Shown here: positions 55,982 through 64,000 of the stretch, piece by piece | Position numbering within the stretch: the stretch's first letter is position 1 | Layout of the letters: each line of letters opens with the position of its first letter | Assembly: GCF_009914755.1 (NCBI RefSeq) | Contig: NC_060944.1 | DNA: 64,000 bases | Source: the human T2T-CHM13v2.0 reference genome, Homo sapiens | Direction: 5' to 3' (one strand) | The notes under the pieces: model-generated | What the model saw: the letters and a program-made list of their open reading frames with translations, nothing else | Database searches by the model: none | What the model was told of the DNA's origin: nothing | Position numbers and translations under genes: made by a program

Positions 55982-58590
55982 GAGCTTCAAGCAGTTCCCA
56001 TCCTGTTAGTCTGCGTGTGTGGTAGCTGAACTCAAGATGATGTGGGGCTAAGAAAAATAATTGTCCATGTGCAAAGATGTGGGCAAGAATGGCCTCTGCA
56101 GATTTTCCTGAACTTCTGCTAACTTGCACGGCTTTATCACAGCATTTTTAAAGCTTTCCCTCAAAAATCCTGATCTGCATGATCTCAGCTACTTTATTGA
56201 CAAAAAGGCAGTGAACATAACCTCACTTAATTCTGTTGTAGGGTGTATGTGCTAATCGTTCTAATTCTTGATTACCTAGTTTATAGATAACTGCTGGTCT
56301 TAATTGCAGAGTACAGAGAACTGAACCAGCTCCTGATATTGTAGTTAGCAGTCTTCCTGGCTTCTCACTCTGCCTTATATTTCCATGTGGGTTTACTTCT
56401 CTCATAACTACTTTCAAGGTATTTTTCTTCCAAGCTGAAATAAAACTGGGGCCACATATTTTCAGTCATTTCTTCCCTGTTGAATTGAAGCAAATCAGAT
56501 TTTCTGTGGGGACCCTCAAATGCAACTGAAGAAATAGATTGTTGCATTCATTCCTCCCCACCCCCCATTTGTAGGCAGTAAACAAAGTATGACTGACAGA
56601 TTGAACACCTGCAAAACTGCTAGCGTAATCTCAGCACATACGCAGCTAGGAAGTTTGTCATAAAATCAACTTAGAAATGAGATGAGGCTGTTCAGTTTGT
56701 CTTAAAAAAATCAGATTAGGTAAAAGCTGTCCTACCAAAGAGTCTAGCAAAACAATATAGTATTTTTTTGCAGAGGCATGAAAAATTAAGACGCTTTAGA
56801 GTACTTGAAAGTTGTGTAGTCATTTTATTTGCAAAATGAGGTGACTGTGGCAAATTATAGAACACAGAGTATTATTACTTTTGCCAGGTTTTTCTGACTT
56901 GATTTCTGTAATTTCCAGAAACCCAGACTTCTCATTTCCACACCTAGAGATGGAAACAGGCAAGTAACTGACATGTCTATTTCCTTGGGAGCATGTGAGA
57001 ACATAGCAGTAGGGACCAAAAGTCTCAGCACACTTACCTCCGATTATGCCTTAAAGAGTTGATTGTGAAGAACCAGTAACTTTGTCCCAAATGCTTCTTT
57101 GGCTGTTTCATGCAGGACTTAATTATTGCTTTTAAAAATTCACAATGAAAAGACGATTCTGCTGTATTTGTTAAACGTTGACATTTGGTTCTAGGGCCTT
57201 GAGTATGTGCCACGTGCTTGTGAAATGCTATGATTCACATGTAACATTTAAACATTAATTTAAAAAGGGAACCTTGGAGAATTCTTTTGTTCACTAGTTC
57301 CTTTTTTCTCTACATTTTTAATTTATTAAACTTGCTGTGAAAACACTTTGACTTTCTAAGAGGAAGGTACTTTAAGTTCCAGGATGAACATGTAGCTGCA
57401 CTATGCCAGAAATTAATGAGGGAAGACTTTCTTCCTAAGTGCTTATGTTTTAACTTATGTTAGTGAAACCACTACAAGGTGTTTCAGGCGCTGATAACAT
57501 GCTTCACACCTGCCCTTGGAGGTCACAGTACTAATTTACTTCAAATTTAGTTATGACAGTGTCACTGTATCCTAGTTATGTTTACAGCACAAATAAATAA
57601 TGACTGTCATACATCCAGAGGAGACCGAACCTGCCCAGCTGATGTACTGTTTTATGGAATAAAGTCACTTGATCAGAAGGAATTGAAACAATAGATCATT
57701 TTGTTACCTACTGGAGGGATTTTTGTCTTGAATTTGTTTCCTTAGAAATTCTACAAAAAAATGTTGTTAATAAATGTCTGCTTTGTAAAAGCAGTTTTGC
57801 AATTTTTTAAAGATCTATTTCTGTTATAATTTAGGTTCTGCAGAAATATGATTCTTAATTGAAACATATAATTTGCTTAATTACGTGAATAATGAAATGT
57901 AAAATCCGGGTCCATAAGCCTTTATTTCATACAGTCCTAGGATTAAGCTGTTTAACTGCTTGGATCCCAGTTGGTCTCTGGCAGTGGGATCCTGGAGAGG
58001 AGAAATCCTGGCCTCTGCTCATGCGCAGGCCACAACCGGGCTGGAAGTGCGGTTGAGCTCTCTGCCACTTTCTTCAATGTAAAAAGTAGGCATCAAAGAT
58101 ACGACTTCTACTATATACATTTCTCTGTCCCTGAGAACAGAGAAACGTAACCCTGTAGGGGACTGGTTACAGAGGACCTCCTGGAGCATCTGCCCCATTC
58201 CTCCAAGTCCAAGCACAGCCATGCTGAGTGGAAGCGAGGCCACCATCTGAGTGGATTGGTCCCAAGTGTGTAATGAGGAAAGTGGCCAGGTGCCGGCACA
58301 GTGCCTCTCCCAGAGCCTCAAGAAGGGCCATTTAGGAGCTTGCTTCAACCATTTTCCAACCATTTTCTGTGAAATGCTGTCAGCCCAAACTCCAAAGGGA
58401 TGTGCAGCCTTTCGTTTTACCAAATTCTTTGCTGTCGTTTGGAAAAAATGGGCCATGTGGTGGAGACCTTTATTTAAGGTGATTTTTACAGAAATGTGAT
58501 TTTGCTGTAGGTGATTATCCAAACAAGTAAATTTGAGTGTATAATTTAATTTTTAACCTGTTAAATAAACCTTGTCCCTCCAAGGAGTTC
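55982..58590 (+). other. GZF1: GZF1 3'UTR (about 2.6 kb), with AATAAA at ~57592, ~57658, ~57768 and 58564
   Basis: AT-rich, repeat-free sequence after the stop; end inferred from the distal AATAAA. Confidence 0.6.
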
Positions 58591-58716
58591 ATTTTTGGGA
58601 AACAAGATGGGTACTTGTCAATTTAACCAAATGTCATGATATTCATGTACTCAGGAGTAACAATATTTCATTTGATGTGACTGAGAAAGGCACACAGGTC
58701 AGAGGATCATCTAGCA

Positions 58717-59195
58717 CAGCAGTCCCCAACCTTTTTGGCACCAGGGACCACTTTTGTGGAAGACAATTTTCCCACAGGTGGGGGGACAGAATGGTTTCAG
58801 GATGATTCAAGCGCATTGCATTTATTGTGCACTTTCTATTATTATTGCATTGTAATATACAATGAAGTAATTATACAATGCACCATAATGTATAGTGGGA
58901 GCCCTGAGCTTGTTTTCCTGCAACTTGACAGTCCCATCTGGGGGTGATGGAAGACAGCAACAGATCATTAGGCATTAGATTCTCATAAAAAGCGTACAAC
59001 CTAGATCCCGTGCACGCGCAGTTCAATAGGGTTTGCACTCCTATGAGACTCTAATGACACTGCTGATCTGACAGGGTGCACAGCTCAGGTGGTAATGTGA
59101 GCCACGGGGAGTGACTGCAAATACAGATGAAGCTTCACTGCCTGCAGCTCACCTCCTGCCGTAAGGCCCAGTTTCTAACGGGTTGGGGACCCCTG
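58717..59195 (+). mobile_element. MER1 (hAT-Charlie)
   Basis: Terminal inverted repeats cagcagtccccaacc / ggttggggacccctg; 8-bp TSD atctagca / atctatca. Confidence 0.9.
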
Positions 59196-60061
59196 ATCTA
59201 TCACATCATGCTAAATGAGACTCAGAAAATCATCTGCATACCTTTGGCAATCCGTACGTGGACTCTTAACTAAGGCTGACAAAACTAAGCTTTTAAACTA
59301 CCATGGTGGCATCTTCATTAGGAAATTGATTCTGAGAAGAGCCACTTGATTTAGGCTTTGAATGATCAACAACTCAGAATGCCTAGATGAGGACAGCTTG
59401 TTCTACCATTTAAAACATTTTGCTTTGACTTACCTGAAGTGTTGTGAATATACTTTAGGACCTGAAATCAAGGCTCTATGATAGGATGGTAGGATGAGCC
59501 GGTCTGCACTACCCGCCATGGGTCCTCTTCCTCATCAGAACTTCAGGCCCCAGTGGTCAGTGGGACTGACCCTTCCCCAGGGGCATCTCCTCTCCCTGTG
59601 CAGATATTTTGCAAAATTAAAATAAATGCCCACACTGACCAGATAGTTGAGTGGTACTTTCTTGGGGTAGGAGAGTGTCAGGCTTAGGGGTGCCTCACCT
59701 CCCCACCAGTCTTCCAGCAACCATGCCTTCCTCAACTTTGCAAGTAACTGTAGACCCTAAAGGATTCAAGGAAGGGATGAGAATGTGGGGTCTGCAGGGT
59801 TATCATGTACTTTAGTGGACTGCATCAACAGAAGTTACCAGGGTTTCCTTCTAAACCCTCAGTCTGCAAAACCATTACGGTGCCCTGGAATTCCCAACAA
59901 ATGACCGGAGCCTAGAGAGTATTAACGTCTGTTGCCTTAATCTTAACGGGAACAACTTGAAACAATGGAAGCTACTTTTGACCTATGCCAATTTAGCAAC
60001 AAGACTCATCAAAATATTACTGATAATTTCCACTTTATAGGTTAAAATAAAACAAGCATAC

Positions 60062-62916
60062 TTTTTCTGCTAAGGTAGATTTATTGTTACACATGGTTAG
60101 TTTTCATAACGTAATCCCCTGCCCCAGAGCAACTCAGGACTCCATGGAGCAGGAAGCCTGCTCTTGGTCATAGCTCATACCACAGCAGGCAGGTCACGGG
60201 GGCATGCTGTGCTGCCAAGTCCTCCAAAGGAAGTCACAAAGGTTTGCATTTGGACATTTAAATCCACAAAATCAGGAGAAACAATAAATGCACAAGGGCT
60301 GGTGCATATACTTTGGTTACAGTGACGCCACCACACACGGTCACGACTGTGCAAAAATACTGCTTTCAAATCATTAAATAAAAAAGAACTCACACAAGCT
60401 ATAAAAATGTTGCCACAAAAAGCAAAACTTTCCTCTAAGAAATATTAACTGACTTTGACTATGAACTAACTCCAGATTTGCTAAAGTACAAGAATTGTAC
60501 CATAAATAATTATATTTTGTTCATAAGTAACATTCTATAAATCTTGAAGACCTAGCTCACAGGCATCTTGAAACATGGCACTGTCCTACATCCATGGGAC
60601 ATTTAAAGGAAGTAAGTTTGCACACCACTAACTGGGCTTTTCTCTCATTCTTTTTTTTAATCTTCTGGCAGGTCTCTTCTAGCCATTACAATTACTTTGA
60701 TTCTTTTCATGTGAAATATTAAAAACAAAAATTAATTCTTAACCCCGGAACTGGTCCCAGTGTTTATTGCAATACAAACAAGTGACCCTCTAATTGACAC
60801 AACAAAATGTTACAAACATTATTGTTAAAAAAAAATACCCCTTCAGACGGGTCTGTTGGAGTATAATGATGAAAGCTAAACATAATTGCCCGAAAATAAA
60901 TCATGTAGTTTTTACTTTAAGTGGTCAGACCAGAAGATTCTTTAAACAAGTAGAAACAAACTACTTAAAACCAGAGGACTCAAGCTGCAGAACCACTCCT
61001 CACACCCCATTTTCACAAAAGTGCATTTGGCTGGTTGTAGGATATATTATTAGGTGGGGAAACAAAACCCCACTTTTCTCTCTGATCATTTTTTCATAAG
61101 AGATTCTAAGAGGGAGTGAAAAAGTACCAACTGGACTCCATTCCAGGTCTTACCTCTAGAAGACAGCCAGCTCTCATTTAAGAATCTCAGAACTTGGAAG
61201 GAAGGAGGAAATCCACATTAAATTCTAGGGCCCAACAGACAGAGTGTCTTCATTGCCACCCCCAGTAGTGGGGACTACAGTGCACCTGTAGTCCCAGTAG
61301 ATGCTCTGACATCACAGAGCTTCCTGCTCTACCAGCCCACCTCATGCATGTCACCACCATAACTATAGCCTGCAAGTCCTCGTGGCCACCTGATGTGGAT
61401 CCTCTACAGTCTGTCCTTGGCTGGCCCTTCCCACTTCCTTTCCTGCTACTTTCTCTTTCTTCCTAGACTGACCTACTCATCATTTCTCAAACAACCTGCA
61501 GTCGACCCTTGGCCTGGAAACACTACCAATTCCAGTTGAGAGCCACCAAAAATGAAAACATCATTCCAATACTACTTACTACTACCTGACATAACATAGG
61601 AAGTTTCGTTACCTGTCATCAGTGAAGCTCCGTGATGTCAGAGTGTCTGCTGGGTTAAGTCTGGCAACACATTTCAAATATAAATCATTTAACTATAAAA
61701 TATTCAGAGGACATTCAGGAGACAAGCGTATGTCTAAAGTACAATATCAGCATATAAATTAATAGAATCAAGTTCATGAATCAAGATAGCATACATATAT
61801 TATATAAACCAATTAAACACGACAGAGTTCAAACACATAAGCCAACATATTCCACCAGCTAAGAGAACAATCAAGTCCCCTGAGAAACAAGTTGGGGTTC
61901 TTGCCCACTTGGGCATACAGGACATTCCTGTACCACATTCACCCCACCTAACCCATCATGTACAATAAACAGGAAAATTACATACATTCATTCTCAAGCT
62001 TGACTTAGATAATCTATCCAGCCCTGACCAAGATTTCTATAGTCACAGCACAGAACACACCACCTCAACGTGGGAAAGTGTATAAACATGAAAATAATGA
62101 GCAGGCTATGCCAATTAAAATACTTCAATGTAAATATAAAGGGATTTCCACTCCAACTAAAAGTGAAAACTATCTCCAGAAAAAGAGAAAAATTCCATTT
62201 CTAACAGATCTTGTGATATGTGTGTGTGTGTGCACGCGTGTGTCTAAGTACAAATCAAATTCACTTTGACACTCATCCATACATGAAGCAAGTACTTCCA
62301 GAAAGCTCCCTTCCTCACAATGTGATGCCTACAGACCCTGGCTATTCTAAATTTTTGCCATGCACATGTTAGCATACGGAACAACACAAAAAGCAAAGAA
62401 ACTAGTCACTAGCACCATCAAAATAATCACAGGATAACAAAAATAGAAATGATTTCTAATGAAGTTATAAACTCATTCCTAGTAACTGTCCTAAACTAAA
62501 CACACATTTAAAGAACATATTCAGATGCCAAAGCACAGAGAAAATGCAAAGCATCTATGAGAACAACTGGGCTGAGTACTCAAGTCCAACAAAAAGGACA
62601 TAAAAACACGTGGCAACATTAAACATAGGCTCCACAAATACCAATGAAATATGAGGAATGAGATTCTGAAGTACTTCTCAGAAAACGCTGGGGGTTCTGA
62701 TAAGCATGAAACAACCCATCATTACCACAAGATGAACAGGAGCCTCTCCTTCATTCATTTCACAGCAACACAGACTTGGCGAGCTTAAACAATACACAGG
62801 CCGTCTGGCTCATATGCAACAAAATTAAGCCATTAAATAGGCATCCCATAAAGATCACTTGACCCTAAGACAAAACTAAAGAGGAGTTAGCTGCATGCCA
62901 CAAAGACAAAAACATT
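60062..62916 (-). other. NAPB: NAPB 3'UTR (about 2.85 kb)
   Basis: Minus-strand AATAAA at 60080-60085 (tttatt), and an internal one at 60763-60768. Confidence 0.7.
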
Positions 62917-63027
62917 TCATTTTAGGTCTCCATCTCCTTCTCCATCCCCTTGGATGGACTTTTTGATGCGAAGCAACATGGTGGTCAGCCACTGATCCAA
63001 GCGAGATATTGAGTCAAATTCCTTCAC
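62917..63027 (-). CDS. NAPB: Beta-SNAP (NSF attachment protein beta), last coding exon [36 protein letters not shown]
   Basis: Translated by hand (too short for the ORF track); SNAP-family C-terminus with penultimate Leu; acceptor ttcctctttccttatactag| at 63028-63029; TGA at 62917-62919. Confidence 0.95.
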
Positions 63028-63569
63028 CTAGTATAAGGAAAGAGGAACAGGAATTACCCCATGTAAATACATTAAAAACACAAAATAATAGTACCCCAAG
63101 CTGTTTATACCTTTACAGCCATAATCTACTAACTTTCTTCATCATTTGAAATTAATCATTCCAGTTTATAACTTTCTTCATTAAAAAATTGTTTATTTTT
63201 TCATTATCCTGTTACTATTTTGATACTAGTGACAAGTTCCTGGGCTTGACATTTCTCTGTTCTCAAACGTGTAAGAAAAAAATTCATTAACAGTCATAAT
63301 TATTGTGGCAAAAGTAACTGGATATTGTATAAAAATTTGAAAGGAATATGGAAAATTAATACTCACTGAACATGGGAAAACATTAATTACAGAGTTAGAA
63401 TATGTATGGAAGCGGAATTAACACATTTCAATGCATTACCCAAAAATAAAATTACAATAGGATGAAAATGATGTGGTAGGCAAAAGTCAGACAGGAAAAC
63501 ATTCCTTTCCTCTATCACTCCTGAGCTGTGATGAACATGTTACAGGAGGCTACTGAGAAATTTGCTTGA

Positions 63570-63878
63570 GGCTGGATGTAGTGGCTCATGCCTGTAATCC
63601 TTGAAGTCTGGGAGGCCAAGGCAGGTGGATAGCTTAAGCCCAGGAGTTAAGAGACCAGCCTGGGCAACATGGTGAAACCTTGTCTCAACAAAAAATGCAA
63701 AAAAAAAAAAAAAAATTAGCTGGGGGTGGTGGTGTGCACCTGTAGTCCCAGGTACTTAGGAGTCTCAGGTGGGAGGATCACCTGAACCCAGGAGGTTGAG
63801 GGTGCAGTGAGCCGTGATCACACCACAGCACTCCAGCCTGAGTGACAGAGTGAGGATCTGTTTCAAAATATATAAAAA
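63570..63878 (+). mobile_element. AluJ-like in NAPB intron
   Basis: 'gcccaggagtt...agcctgggcaacat...gtgggaggatcacctgaacccaggagg'. Confidence 0.9.
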
Positions 63879-64000
63879 CATTTTTTTTTGCTTGATTCTA
63901 AACATGAGATGGCAAAAGATGGAAAAACAAAAAGTATAAAGAAAAAAACCCTCATATTTTTAATATATATATATATTTATTATTTATTTATTTATTTTTG

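Noticed and set aside
61271-61295. Iron-responsive element (CAGTGC motif in the hairpin)
   Set aside because: CAGTGC is on the strand opposite NAPB and is not positioned as a hexaloop over a 5-bp stem with a C bulge

Overview
Human (primate) genomic DNA. From the encoded proteins I recognise it as the chr20p11.21 NXT1-GZF1-NAPB locus; the chromosome assignment is recalled, not computed. Positions 1 to about 35 kb are intergenic and dense with repeats: Alus, L1/L2, MLT/LTR16/ERV1 solo LTRs and hAT/Tigger DNA transposons. This part also holds a 20-bp-unit minisatellite built almost entirely from nuclear-receptor half-sites in alternating DR3/DR5 spacing, and an interrupted CAG/TAG triplet repeat. 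From about 35.5 kb there are three CpG-island promoters. They belong to NXT1 (+; non-coding exon 1 plus one coding exon, 140 aa), a probable minus-strand lncRNA (LINC01431-like), and GZF1 (+; five coding exons, 711 aa BTB/C2H2 zinc-finger protein). The last exon and 3'UTR of NAPB (-) converge on GZF1. The most notable observations are the DR3/DR5 minisatellite, a spliced Arg-rich 137-aa uORF overlapping the NXT1 start, and an exact 17-bp tandem duplication of a CRE/C-EBP hybrid site in the GZF1 promoter. Repeat subfamily names come from memory of consensus sequences and need confirmation with RepeatMasker/Dfam.
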